Notes: generated from the letters alone by a model not told the origin. Positions 14,101 to 27,000 are shown, numbered from the stretch's first letter. The stretch is DNA of 64,000 bases from Anthoceros angustus (GCA_010909165.1 MU008166.1:186001-250000), one strand, 5' to 3'. Numbers and translations are program-made.

Positions 14101-15868
14101 GAATAAGGCACCAATCACCTCTTCCAAGGTGATACCATCGCACTTCAAAGAAGAAGAATGGCCCAAAGAAGACGGAGTGGTCCGCTCGCTTGTGACAAAG
14201 GTCCGATAGGAAGCAAGGAGTGAAGTGAGCAACCGAGCTGGCTCACCTCCGACATCTTGTCTCCAAATATGAGCCGGGCCCAAGGTGCCGGAACTGGCCG
14301 GTATGTGTTGCCACTTTATCCCTTCCTTCATCTTTAAAGCGAGAATTTCGCCTCATGTATCAGATCATGAGGTTCGTGACTTTATAGGTCTTTCCAATCC
14401 CTGATTTCTTTGCCTTGTCGAGGTACTCGACGCCCGGGACGAGATCCGCATCAAGTCCGATGAGGAGAGCAACAAAGAATGGCATTGTGTTGATTCCACT
14501 TGGCAATATCATCCGGATCAGAGGCGGACATCAATTGGGTTTGGCTTAGCATAAGTCCCATCGATCGTGCTCCAAACACCACGGCAAGTAAGGTTGCTTT
14601 CATTCTCACCGCCATACAGTGATAGCTATTCCCTTAAACCGCCTTTCCTTTAACTCGACGTAAATGATGGATTGGTAGTAACCATGGTTACTCAATGTGG
14701 TATCGACAATCGGTGGTTGCAGTTCGCGGCAAATGAACTGATCAACGAGTTCAACAAAGAACCGGAGGACATGAATATCAAGAAGTCGAGGAGAGCTATG
14801 GCTCCAGAATAAAGCTAAGTGCTCATGTATCAATGTATAGCTTATAATTAGGGACTAATCATGATATGTGAGAGGTGCCGAGAAGGTCACCGGGTTAGTA
14901 TCTATATGCTATGCCCAACCCCTGCTGAACTCCTCAGCTTTTCTTCCTTTCTAACATGAAACGCTGTTCTCACATGGAGGGCCTAGGGTGTATGACTTCA
15001 CCGCCTACTTGATCAATAAACAAGCGGTAGGCAACCCGCCGCCAGATCGAAATGGGTTTGTAAACCGGCATCCACTGAATTTGGAAACGGGCTGCGTAAG
15101 GATGAAGCGAAGGGTTACCTAATCTCCGTCTAGCCCATGTCGACTCGCATCCTTTAGTCTTCAGAATCCACCTCTTGAGCCTGCTTAAATGATAGTGTTC
15201 TCTAGCCGCTTGACTAGGTCCCCGCCTTTCTCGCTCACGAGCTCTGAGGGTTGGAGACGCGAGTATCCTTCCTTCGACCTTGCCAAACACCAAAGGATAT
15301 GTTCAGCCCACATGGTAGCCTCCAAGAAGAAGACGGAGTGGTCCGCTCGCTTGTGACAAAGGTCTGATAGGAAGCAAGGAGTGAAGTGAGCAACTGAGCT
15401 ACAGCGTCTACCTCCGACATCTTGTCTCCAGTCATGGCCATGAGCTGGGCCCGAAGGTGCCGGAACTTGCTGGTATGTGTTGCCACTTTATCCCCTTCCT
15501 TCATCTTTAAAGCGTAGAATTCCTGCCTCACAGAACAGAGGGTCATGAGGTTCTGCACTTTATAGGTCTTTTCCAGCTGGTCCCAGATTTCCTTTGCCTT
15601 GTCGAGGTACTCGACGTCTGGGACGAGATCTGCATCAAGTCCGCTGATGAGGAGAGCAACAGCAATGGCATTGTGTTGATTCCACTTGGCAATATCATCT
15701 GGATCAGGAGGCGGGACATCAATTGGGTTTGGCTTAGCATAAGTCCCATCGATCGTGCTCCAAACACCACGGCAAGTAAGGTTGCTTTCATTCTCACTCG
15801 CCACAGATAGCTATTCCCTTAAACCGCCTTTCCTTTAACTCGACGAATGATGGATTGGTAGTAACCAT
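11154..15868 (-). mobile_element. Ty1/Copia retrotransposon Copia-2: gag, protease, integrase (frameshifted, internally duplicated; RT side cut off by CACTA-A)
   Basis: gag MVTTNPSFVELKE...GVW...KWNQHNAIAVALLISGLDADLV...EIWDQLEKTY (UBN2-like, 15235-15868). Zinc knuckle CNWCG (about 12830). Protease WYLDSGATTHI (12520-12834). GAG-pre-integrase LWHARLGHVN. Integrase core LVHADISG...GGSRYFFTLTDDYSRYTW...QLTVPYTP (11728-12135). KTPYE...GY.AVKAYKLFN downstream. Confidence 0.92.
12041..14270. repeat. Tandem duplication of about 1.13 kb within Copia-2 pol (12041-13173 and 13170-14270)
   Basis: AAATATCGGCATGTACTAATCCAAGTACC begins both units. The junction shows TCCA microhomology. Confidence 0.95.
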
Positions 15869-16735
15869 GGTTACTCTGAATACAGGTGGTATCGGGACAA
15901 CTGGTGGTTGCAGGCTAAGCTGTGCAAATGAACTGATCAACGAGTTCAACAAAGAACCGGAGGACATGAATACTGCGCAAGTCGTAGGAGAGCTATGGCT
16001 CCAGTAACAAAGCTAAGTGCTCATGTATCAATGTATAGCTTATAATTAGGGACTAATCATGATATGCAGGAGAGGTGCTGAGAAGGTCAGCCTGGGTTGG
16101 GGGTATCTATATGCTATGCCCAACCCCTGCTGAACTCCTCAGCTTTTCTTCCTTTTCTAACATGAAACGTTGCTCCTCACATGGAGGGCCTAGGGCTGTA
16201 TGACTTCACTGCCTACTTGGATCAATAAACAAGCGGTAGGCAACCTGCCAGGATCGAAACAGGGTTTGTAAACCGAAGTATCCACCTGAATTTGGAAACG
16301 GGCTGCAGAAGGATGAAGCGTAAGGGTTACCTAATCTTCTGTCCAGCCCATGTCGACCCTGCATCCTTTAGTCTTCAGAATCCACCTCTTGAGCCTGCTT
16401 AAATGATAGTGTTCTCTAGCTGCTTGACTAGGTCCTGTCCGCCTTTCTCGCTCACGAGCTCTGAGGGTTGGAGACGCGAGTATCCTTCCTTCGACCTTGC
16501 CAAACACCAAAGGATATGTTCAGCCCACATGTCGACTCGCATCCTTAGTCTTCAAAAATCCACCTCTTGAGCCTGCTTATGTTCGATAGTGTTCTCTAGC
16601 TGCTTGACTAGGTCCCTGCCTTTCTCGGGCCTGCTCACGAGCTCGAGGGTTGGAGACGCGAGTATCCTTCCTTCTGACCTTGCCAAACACCAGTGATATG
16701 TTCAGCTCCACATGGTAGCCTCCAAGGCGTACATA
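14165..16735. repeat. Tandem duplication of about 1.16 kb covering Copia-2 gag and leader (14165-15325 and 15322-16530), plus a duplication of about 190 bp near 16345-16725
   Basis: AAGAAGACGGAGTGGTCCGCTCGCTTGTGACAAAGG at about 14165 and 15325. ATGTCGAC(T/C)C..GCATCCTT at about 15137, 16350 and 16529. Confidence 0.9.
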
Positions 16736-17165
16736 CTGGCCGACCGTGTGCCTATGGTCCCACTCCCAGCCTTGGATAGCTTCCTCCTTGCTCAGAGGCC
16801 CAATCTCTGACGAAGATGAAGTGTCTGGTGCTTGGCCGAGGGGCGTGTGCGTGTTGGCGCCTGCTTTCCTCTGCCTTTGCGTGAGGAGCCCGAGTTTTGC
16901 CGCTCGTGTCCGCATGATGAGCAAAGTGAGTAGGTGTGTGAGCGTAAAGAGTATTAGCTCGCTCAACGCTGCTGTGGAAGCTATGTTGAACGCCATCTTC
17001 ACCTCCCTTCTTCTTATTACGCCACAATCGGGCCCGCCCCGCAGCAGAAGAGGGGCGTGAAGCGAGCTGCGAAGCCACCGCTGGGCGTGATGATTGAATG
17101 GCTGCGCCTTGTGGTCCTCGTGGTGTCCCCGGGCCCCGCAGTGCGCCGCGCACGCGGCTAAGTTC

Positions 17166-17355
17166 AAGAGGGGGTGTTAACGGGGGTTAAACCTTAGCCT
17201 ATGTGTAGGTTGTTTATCGATAGGTTATGTTTAGAAATATGTGGATTAGGGTTGACATTGAACAGTCGTGATATATGTATTTAAAGACATTTTTGACATT
17301 ATTGATATTCATTCTGACTAATCCTGCTAGGCTATCTTTGCTCCCTGTTCCTTCA
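17166..17355 (+). mobile_element. Short LTR (17175-17355, TG...CA) preceded by polypurine tract AAGAGGGGG, inserted into Copia-1 gag
   Basis: GTTCAAGAGGGGG|TGTTAAC is a typical PPT/3' LTR junction. The LTR ends TTCCTTCA and is followed by TAGGT, where the minus-strand Copia-1 gag reading (AQLLT) breaks off. Confidence 0.65.
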
Positions 17356-17840
17356 TAGGTCAAGAGTTGGGCAACAACATCCACTTCGTCCATCGGTTTT
17401 CCATCGACGAAGTAAGCTGAGCTCTCAAACGGCGGAACTTGCTGGTATGGGCAGCAATCCTGTCTCCCTCTTTCATTTTCAAAGCATAAAACTCTTGCCT
17501 TACAGCATAGAGTGTTAGTATGTTCTCAACCTGATAGGTTTTATCTAGTTGATCCCATATGGCTGATGCCTCTTCTAGGTATTCCACATCAGGAACTAGA
17601 TCAGAGTGGAGACCTCCTACCAACAATGCTATGGAGATAGAATTCTGTAGGTCCCACTTATCTATTTCGGCTTGACTGGGTGGGGGTAAAGCATTGGGAT
17701 CTGGTTTTTTATCTTTGCCACTTACTATGCCCCAGACACCCCTGGCTAGCAATGTAGACCTCATTCGACCCGCCACACTTAGTACTTGGTACCATTGAAG
17801 CGGTCCTTCTCTTTTAACTCCATTGTTATTGGTTGTGTTT
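17356..17840 (-). pseudogene. Copia-1 gag (UBN2-like), truncated by insertion
   Basis: MELKEKDRFNGTKY..WRVRMRSTLLARGVWGIVSG...KWDLQNSISIALLVGGLHSDLVPDVEYLEEASAIWDQLDKTY...FYALKMKEGD. Clearly related to, but distinct from, the Copia-2 gag. Confidence 0.9.
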
Positions 17841-19138
17841 GGATAGGTATAAGCACTGTTTGGTTAAGATTCAGCTGCTGGAATTGGTCTTTTAATGCAT
17901 CGAGAGGTGAGTTACTCAATCTAGTTGACATACAGGTCTAACTTGATCGCAGGGATCTCTGGCTCTCTACAACACAGATCTATATGTAGTTGTGACAATG
18001 CAAAGGACACAGACTAGAACATATAGGAGGAGTCTGATAGGGGAGTTAGCTTGTAGGAGATGGGGTATTTACATATCCTTGTCTTAACAAGCTAACCTCC
18101 CCGTCGGAGTCTTCCAAAAAAGTAACTTGGTCTGTTTGATTAGATTGTGAATAGACTGATGCAAATAGACCTAGATGAATGTGCAGGAATCTAACGTTCT
18201 TAATGCAGGGGAAGAGACTACAACAAGTATAGTGATGACTTCCCCAAACATTCATATTTTAGTTAGGGCAGAGGAAACGAAACCAAAAAAACAAGGTTAG
18301 TTTTTTGTCTTCTTCTGCTTCAACTTCCAAGGACAATAATTAATTGTTTTTTCTTGGTCTTGGCAGGTGAAGGGGTGCACTCTCTATCAAGCTCATGAAG
18401 AGCAATCAAGATTTGAGCCGCCGTCATTAGGAACCCGCCATGAAGCCTGGCCGGGCGCTGATCTCCTGGCCCCACGCTGCGTTCTCGCCTCCTCGTCTCA
18501 GGCATGAATTCAAAAATACTATACACGCCCATGGCGGCTGGTGATGGATGTTGATCTTGTGGTGGGCTCAACTGTAAGGAGCGAATCAGATCTGTGATGC
18601 CTTGTAGGTGAGAGCATATCACTAGATCTCTCCGATGAATTGAAGTCTGAAATCTCTGGTATTGTTCTTAAATTCTAATCTCAATACTCCTTTGATATGT
18701 AAAAAGCTGATTGATTCTGGTTTCCAATGTAGGAGCCAAAGAGGAGTGTGGCCTTGAGAGGTTGCTATCAGGCAATCCAACACATAGACGCTCAAGAATC
18801 CACTGGAGATTCTGCTGATTTGTATTATGCGCCTCAGCCCTGTGAATTGCGCTAGCAACTTCTGCCTCTTGTTCAGGGGTTCTCAATAAATATGAATTTC
18901 TTCTATTGTTTCGAGAACTCCTATGTATTGTCTCATGCACTGGTCGTTGATTTCGATCTAGAATAGTCAGACGCTGGAATTCAGCAAAATTGCAGCGTCT
19001 TTCTCGTGAACAATGACCTCCACGTCCCTAGTGACAGCTGCAAGTTCTGTATCGTGTTGCACGTCCTCCATGCCCAGAGCAGAGGAGACTATCCATTGAT
19101 CGATCCATCATTCATTGATCAATCACAACGCACCAGTA

Positions 19139-19151
19139 GGCTCTGATACCA
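19139..19151 (-). other. Primer-binding site complementary to initiator tRNA-Met (TGGTATCAGAGCC)
   Basis: The plus strand reads GGCTCTGATACCA at 19139-19151, the canonical plant Copia PBS on the minus strand. Confidence 0.9.
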
Positions 19152-19571
19152 TAACATGAGAGCGATATTGTTGTGCGCACACATGTATGCTCTCATAGTT
19201 GATTAATTAGAATAATAATTTCTCAAAGTACAAAAGTGTTTTTATACTAAACCCTAATACGAAAAGTCATCTAGATATGTAATAGTTAAACATACCTAAA
19301 CTATGTCGAAGGTTTACTAACCCTAACACCACTCGTGTACCTATGGTTAGGTTCTTACTCACAAACACTACATACGCACTTCTCCTGCAGGATTCACAAT
19401 ATGTCCTGCAGGATTCACAATATGAGGAGAACGAGGGCTACATACAACAGTATCGTAGAGTGGTGAAAGGCAATCTTCTTGCTTTCACTGTAAGGGGTTG
19501 GAACTGTATGGAAGTACAAGCGTTCACACGGCACACCACAATGGAAAATCATTATATCATTATATCACACA
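19152..19571 (-). mobile_element. 5' LTR of Copia-1 (about 420 bp), inserted into the CACTA-B transposase
   Basis: Begins TGTGTGATATAATG on the minus strand exactly where the CACTA-B reading ..MRIMADTPA stops. AT-rich, ends next to the PBS (3' end reads ..CATGTTA, not a clean CA). Contains a 21-bp tandem TCCTGCAGGATTCACAATATG x2. Confidence 0.75.
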
Positions 19572-22500
19572 AGCTGGTGTGTCAGCCATGATCCTCATGT
19601 GCCCATCATTGCTTTTATGAGTGGCGAACCAAGTAAGCTCACCGGCCGTTTTGGGGCTGTTTTACATTCTCACCAAGCGCTCAGTAATAGGAAAATAAAA
19701 AAAGGACTTGCGAGGAACTCCTTTTTTGGGGTTTTCACCTTCCCGATAGCGGGGCTCCCCACAGCGGTGGCAGAAGGCATCACCGGCACTAGGTCCCCAA
19801 TAAATGCAGTCATTGACGCAGGCATGGATGCGGGCGGAGGACTGACCAATCTGCATCATGGTAACACGAGTATCCCGCCGCATTGAGGGAATTTTGCTCG
19901 CAGAAACCGATGATATAATGTCGAAGATGGCAATCATACCGGAGTCGGAAATTTTGAAGCGGTCCTGTATGAATAGTAAAGATAGAGGGTATAGGCGAGT
20001 ATGGGAAGACTTCACTGCTGACCTCCCAAAGAGGAGTGGTGGCGCTGCGCGGCACCGAGCGCGTGGAAGACCGGAAAAAAAAGGGGCATGTTGCTGCAGG
20101 GCTTTAATTGCATCACCACCGGAAACCCCAACATCTGAATCAAGCCATCTTCCAGTCTGAGCCTCCGTGAGTCTCGTGTGAGGCTCCCTTGATGCGAATT
20201 CATTAGAATCTAGCTCAAACGAGGCAGAGAAATCATAGTGTGTCAGAGGAGGCATCTTCGTCAGAGGAATCCGTCGTATGTGGAGACACTCTTGAGGAAA
20301 TTTCCTCAGCTGTGTCGCTGCTAGAGTTGGAATGAGGGGGAAAGCGCCTGGCATGAACCACGGCTGGAGGCGGGTGTGGAATTGGTGGCACCGGGGCACC
20401 CAATACCTGGACATAAGCTGGAGGCGGCCTTTGCCGCAAAGCATCAAGTTGGTGCTGATTCCTTTGCACAGGAAAAGGGATTAGTGTCAAACTAAGGACC
20501 TCGCCTCGCCACAAACTCCACAAACAATGATCAAGGTGAGCACGCCTACCTCATTTTGTATCCGCAACTAACGCGACATGCCGCCGAAATATCGCCTTGA
20601 ATTGCTTGTTGGTGGGCGACAACTGGCAAGGACAAGCAATCTCGCCAATTTCTCGATTAGAGCGGGGCCCATCCATGGTGCGCTCGTCAACGCACAATCC
20701 CTTTCGTGAACCGAAGAAAGTTTTGTGACTCCACGTTCTGGAAATAGCGCTATGTGCAGACCGGGCGAGGGGAGGGTGAGCCCGGCGGGATGATGTGATG
20801 GGCCACAACCAGAGCCGTTGGACGGAACAGCCCAATTCTGACACATATCCAGGCGTCCGTTGGTTGCTTCATGGGCAAACCGCCTGCAAAACCAAATCGG
20901 TAACGCCAACGACGTGGGTGTCGACCGTCCGAACCCTTCTTTTTAAGATGCTCGAAGATGGGACCCTTATCGCCTTAAATGAGGAAAGATGCACTAAAGG
21001 GTACACACCCTGCCTTAGCTGGTTGCCGCCTTTTTCAAATATGAGGTTAAGATGATCTAGCCTGCGTCCTATTCACCATGTCTTAAAAAGTTCTGTTTTG
21101 TAATAGTGTTAGCCATTAGCCATCTACTAGACAACGTGGAGACAAGGTTGAATCTTTCTCAATCATTAGACTGGGGCACACTCAACAAGCAAAGCCAAAC
21201 ATGACTCTTTGCACAATACTCATGGTTACGTAAGCGGCCAGAGCAAGGCTCCAAGATGTCTCCTTATAAAATTCATCTCAAACTCCCGTATACTCAGGGA
21301 GGCACAAAGCTCGAGATACACTTTACAGTGCACCAAGGGCACTTCCATTGAGAACCCTTCATTTCTTATTAGTTACCCTATGTCCTGGAATGCACGCTTC
21401 CCGTTTCTTAATTCGGCATTCACATATCCTGGAGGCTTTTGTCGCGGGCGTTGAGGACGAGACTTTTCCCTTGTAGGCCTCGCTAAGATTAGCCAGGGAC
21501 TCTTTATCCTTCGAGGCGAGAATTGCCATGCCATCTTTTTCCTCGCTTCCCGAGGTTGGGCTCTGGGGGCTTTAGGCCCCTCCCGAGAAACAAAGACGGC
21601 AAAGCGCAGCTTGGCCCCTCCTCCGGATTCCTCCATTCCTAGGCCCACCTGTGGTCGCTCGCCTTGTTCGGGAAGGTGTTCTTGGCTTCCGCTCGACCCA
21701 AGATTCAGTATTCCGCATCGCATCAGAACTTTTCTACCACGATGCCGCCTGCTTGGTCCATCCTCCGTGTGCTCTTTCAACTTGCACGCGGGGCCCTCTG
21801 ATGACTTTGGGACGACTTGGCTCGCCTCCCGCGGGCTCCCCACAATGCAAGTGGCGTATGCATCACCGCACTAGGTCCCCAATAAATGCAAATATTGACG
21901 CAGTAGCATGGATGCGGGCGGAGGATCACCAACTGCATCATGGTAACACGAGTATCCCGCCGCATTGAGGGAATTTTGCTCGCAGAAACCGATGATATAA
22001 TGTCGAAGATGGCAATCATACCGGAGTCGGAAATTTTGAAGCGGTCCTGTATGAATAGTAAAGATAGAGTGGCAGATAGGCGAGTATGGGAAGACTTCTC
22101 AGCTTCGTTGACCTCCCAAAGAGGAGTGGTGGCAGCGCCCTCAAGTGCGGCACCAGAGCGCGGTGGAAGACCGGAAAAAAAAGGGGCATGTTGCTGCAGG
22201 GCTTTAATTGCATCACCACCGGAAACCCCAACATCTGAATCGAAGCCATCTTCCAGGTCTGTTGAGCCTCCAGAGTCTGTGTGAGGCTCCCTTGATGCGA
22301 ATTCATTAGAATCTAGCTCAAACGAGGCAGAGAAATCATAGTGTGCTGTAGTGGAGGCATCTTCGTCAGAGGAATCCATCGTATGTGGAGACACTCTTCA
22401 GGAAATTTCCTCAGCTGTGTCGCTGCTAGAGTTTGGAATGAGGGGGAAAGCGCCTGGCATGAACCACGGTTGGAGGCGGTGTGGAATTGGTGGCACTGGG

Positions 22501-23239
22501 GCACCCAATACCTGGACATAAGCTGGAGGCGGCCTTTGCCACAAAGCATCAAGTTGGCGCTGATTCCTCTGCACAGGAAAAGGGATTAGTGTCAAACTAA
22601 GGACCCTGGCCCCTGCCACAAACTCCACAAACAATGACTGTAAGCAGAGCACGCCTACCTCATTTTGTATCCGCAACCAACGCGGACATGCCGCCGAGAA
22701 ATATCAGCTTGAATTCGTTTGTTGGTGGGCGCACAATCTGGGCAAGGACAAGCAATCTCGCCAATTTCTCGATTAGAGCGGGGCCCATCCATGGTGCGCT
22801 CGTCAACGCACAATCCCTTTCGTGAACCGAAGAAAGTTTTGTCACTCCACGTTCTGGAAATAGCGCTATGTGCAGACCAGGCGAGGGGAGGGTGAGCCCA
22901 GCGGGATGATGTGTTCTCGGTCATGGGCCACAACCAGAGCCGTTGGACGGAACGGCCCAATTCTGACACATATCCAAAGCGTCCGTTGGTTGCTCAACGG
23001 GCAAACCGCCTGCAAAACCAAATCGGTAACGCCAACGACGTGGGTGACCGTCCGAACCCTTCTTTTTAAGATGCCTGTAAAGATGGGACCCTTATCGTCT
23101 TAAATGAGGAAAGATGCACGGCAAAGGGTACAATTCCCGTCTTAGCCAGTGGTTGCCGTCTTTTTTCAAATATGAGGTTAAGATGATCTAGCGTGCGTCC
23201 TATTCACCATGTCTTAAAAAGTTCTGTTTTGTAATAGTG
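19572..23239 (-). mobile_element. CACTA transposon CACTA-B: 5' TIR and N-terminal transposase (duplicated internally)
   Basis: 5' terminus CACTATTACAAAA at 23239-23227 (duplicate at 21108). Minus-strand motifs GEIACPCPDC, LSLLFIQDRFKISDSG, RIHACVNDCIYWG...CHRCGEPRY...PRKSFFYFPITERLVRM, and ELTWFATHKSNDGHMRIMADTPA match Tnp2 N-terminal regions. Confidence 0.9.
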
Positions 23240-23988
23240 TTAGCCATTAGCCATCTACTAGACAACGTGAGACAAGGTTGAATCTTTCTCAATCATTAGA
23301 CTGGGGCACACTCAACAAGCAAAGCCAAACATGACTCTTTTGCACAATACTCATGGTTACAGAAAAGCGGGCCAGGAGCAAGGCTCCAGTATGTCTCCTT
23401 ATAAAATTCATCTCAAACTCCCGTATACTCAGGGAGGCACAAAGCTCGAGATACACTTTACAGTGCACCAAGGGCACTTCCATTGAGAACCCTTCATTTC
23501 TTATTAGTTACCCTATGTCCTGGAATGCACGCTTCCGGTTTCTTAATTCGCATTCACATATCCCGGAGGCTTTTGTCATGGGCGTTGAGGACGAGACTTT
23601 TCCTTGTAGGCCTCGCTAAGATTAGCCGTGGACTCTTTATCCTTCGAGGCGAGAATTGCCATGCCATCTTTTTCCTCGCTTCCCGAGGTTGGGCTCTGGG
23701 GGCTTTAGGCGTCCCTCCCGGAGAAACAAAGACGGGCAAATGGCCTCCTCCTCCGGATTCCTCCATTCCTAGGCCCACCTGTGGTCGCCTCCGCCTTGTT
23801 CGGGAAGGGGCTTGGCTTCCGCTCGACCCAAGATTCAGCATTCCGCATCGCATCGCACCAGCAACTTTTTCTACCACGATGCGTTTTCGCCCTGGCTTGG
23901 TCCATCCTCTGGTGTGCTCTCTTTCAACTTGCAGCTGCGGGGCCCCTCTTGATGACTTTGGGACGCACTTGGCTCGCTCTCCTGCGGG
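19749..23988. repeat. Tandem duplication of about 2.1 kb (19749-21835 and 21831-23988) spanning the CACTA-B 5' end and the LINE 5' part
   Basis: The junction has GCGGG microhomology. The TIR, spacer and LINE fragment all occur twice with indel differences. Confidence 0.95.
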
Positions 23989-24049
23989 TGGGCAGGGTCG
24001 CTATGCATGACGCCGTCCGGGATGTCATGTTCTCTATTGCTAGGGAAGG
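23539..24049 (+). mobile_element. 5' part of a truncated RLE-type (CRE/R2-group) non-LTR retrotransposon: C-terminal zinc knuckle and RHD-type motif
   Basis: Translation: ..EGAWL..FSTTMRFRPGLVHP..TCSCGAPLDDFGTHLARS..GG.GR/AMHDAVRDVMFSIAREG. This is the C-x-CG..D..G.H..C..G..R..HD.V.D layout. The reading is cut by Gypsy-A at GAAGG. Confidence 0.8.
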
Positions 24050-27000
24050 TGTGGAATGCAAAAGTTTGGGCAACTGGTTTAAGTGAGTTGTTTTTGAACA
24101 GGTCCGAATTCTTTTGATAGAAATGGTTTGGTGGAAACATGCGAAATGTTTTTGTTCGATTGAAGCCGGAGTCAGAGGATGCCGCTTGGAAGGCAGAGAG
24201 GATACTTAGGGAAAAGAAACGGATCAAAATGACCTTCTAGTGAGGAGGGTAGGACATATGTGAACTAGGAGATGTCCTACTGTAGGAGGTATCCTACCAC
24301 AGGAGAAACTCCTACCACGGTAGGCTGGGAGAGAACTCACCCCCATAGGTATGGGTAGGAGAATGTCCCACCACCGTAGGTAAGCCGCCCAGCTAGCTGC
24401 TTTTGATAGAAATGGTTTGGTGGAAACATGCGAGAAATGTTTTTGTTCGATTGAAGCCGGAGTCGAGGATGCCGGAAGGCAGAGGATACTTAGGGAAAAG
24501 AAACGGATCAAAATGACCTTCTAGTGAGGAGGGTAGGAGACATATGTGAACGGAGATGTCCTACTGTAGGAGGTATCCTACCACCAGGAGAAACTCCTAC
24601 CACGGTAGGCTGGTGGAGAGAACTCCTACCCCATAGGTATGGGTAGGAGAATGTCCCACCACCGTAGGTAAGCGCCCAGCTAGCGTTTTGATGACCCACC
24701 GGGCGGAGTAGCTCCTACCACGGTGGAAAAAGGGTGAAGGCAATTAAGCCAAGGAAGTAGAGGTTGATTGCACCGCTGATAGGCTTGCAGAGGCAAAGGC
24801 CCGATTATTGGGGCCACCACCAAGTTTAAGGGGAAGGCAAAGTAATTTGCCACATGTGTGGAAGAAGTGAGACATGGGCGTGTGCTCACGCTTGAGATTT
24901 TGCAAGAAGGAGGACTGCTAGGTAGAGATGTGTGGCAAGGGTTGTGCAGGAAGATGGGCCAAGTGCCCGTAATGGTGGAATTGTGCAGATCCGCTGGCTC
25001 TAGGTTGGGAGCTCAAGATGCGAGAGAGGAGCAGAATTGGTGCAAGGATGGGAGCGAGGAGCTCATGTTGAGGGTGAGCAGCCACAAGGGTTGCAAGAGG
25101 AGGCCATGGCGGTGCCGAGGCACATGGAAGTGCTCTCAATGGAGTCACGATGTGAGGATGGCGTGTATTGAACTAGGAAAGGCCGTGGTAGAGCACTCAC
25201 AGGCTGAATTTGTAGGCTGCAAGATGGAGGTGTGGCCAAACCATAGGAAGGCGCGGTGTGGGCCGCAACATGGTGAAGGGATCACAACGGGTGTGCATCA
25301 TGACGGAATTTGCGGGGCTGCAAGTCAAAGTGAAGGGAGGCCGTTGTGGTGGCCGCGAGGAGAAATGGGTAGCAAGGAGGGTTGATACGAGATGTTGTTG
25401 AGGTGTGAGGAGTTCACCGGGAATAAGTTCCTTATTCAGAAGTGTTATGCACAAGCCAATTGGGTGTGTTGGACAATGAAGTGTAAGAACCCAGAGTTAA
25501 GCGTCCTAGGGGTGGTGAGTGAGATGGGGTGCCTTTGTGTGAGGTGTTTCAACTTATTATTTGCGTAAGTCACATGAGAGCCCCACGAGGTAGGTGTAGG
25601 GTGATAGTTGGCCCTACAAGAATGGAGGGGGCTCACATCGCCGTGGCATAGGTGTCAGTGGCACGAGGATGGTAGTGGACGAGGGTAGCATGGATGGCAC
25701 GAAGATGGCACGAGGATGGTAGTGGACGAGGGTAGTGTAGGGTAGGTGTAGGGTGCAGGATGGCAGAGTGGTGAGGTGGTAGTGGACGAGGGCATGGCAC
25801 CCCACGAGGAGGCAAGGAGGTGCACCCACAGGTGAAGGGAGGTGCACCATGTATGTATGTATGTATGTATGTATGTATGTATTCATGGGCATGTATTCAT
25901 GTATTCATGTATATGGGTAGGACGCGTGTCCATAAGTAACACCCCTACCGAGGTAGGGAACAAGGTAGGGAACAAGGTAGGGAACAAGTAGGGATGAGAT
26001 GCGGTAGGATGTAGGGTGCAGGCTCCCCATGGGCATTAGTTAGGTAGGTAGATAGGTAGGATGAGAGGTCTCCCACCGAGGAGTGGTGAGGTCTCCCACG
26101 TAGGGAAGTGGAGAGGTCTCCCACCGTAGGAAGTGGAGAGGTCTCCCACTAGGAGTGGAGAGGATACTTAGGGAAAAGAAACGGATCAAAATGACCTTCT
26201 AGTGAGGAGGGTAGGAGACATATGTGAACGGAGATGTCCTACTGCAGGAGGTATCCTACCACCAGGAGAAACTCCTACCACGGTAGGCTGGTGGAGAGAA
26301 CTCCTACCCCATAGGTATGGGTAGGAGAATGTCCCACCACCGTAGGTAAGCGCCCAGCTAGCGTTTTGATGACCCACCGAGGAGTAGCTCCTACCACGGT
26401 GGAAAAGGGTGAAGGCAATTAAGCCAAGGAAGTAGAGGTTGATTGCACCGCTGATAGGCTTGCAGAGGCAAAGGCCCGATTATTGGGGCCACCACCAAGT
26501 TTAAGGGGAAGGCAAAGTAATTTGCCACATGTGTGGAAGAAGTGAGACATGGGCGTGTGCTCACGTTGTTGAGATTTTGCAAGAAGGAGGACTGCTAGGT
26601 AGAGATGTGTGGCAAGGGTTGTGCAGGAAGATGGGCCAAGTGCCCGTAATGGTGGAATTGTGCAGATCCGCAGGCTCTAGGTTGGGAGCTCAAGATGCAG
26701 AGAGGAGCAGCAATTGGTGCAAGGATGGGAGCGAGGAGCTCATGTTGAGGGTGAGCAGCCACAAGGGTTGCAAGAGGAGGCCATGGCCGAGGCACATGGA
26801 AGTGCTCAATGGAGTCACGATGTGAGGATGGCCGGTGTTGAACTAGGAAAGGCCGTGGTAGAGCACTCATAGCTGAATTTGTAGATGGGCTGCAAGATGG
26901 AGGTGTGGCCAAACCATAGAAGGCGGCGTGGGCCGCAACATGGTGAAGGGGGGTGGGGTGCATCATGACGGCGGAATTTGGTGCACAAAGTCAAAGTGAA

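Noticed and set aside
25849-25882. (TATG)n as a telomeric or satellite boundary
   Set aside because: It is a short microsatellite inside the Gypsy-A LTR and recurs at the equivalent position in the other LTR copy.
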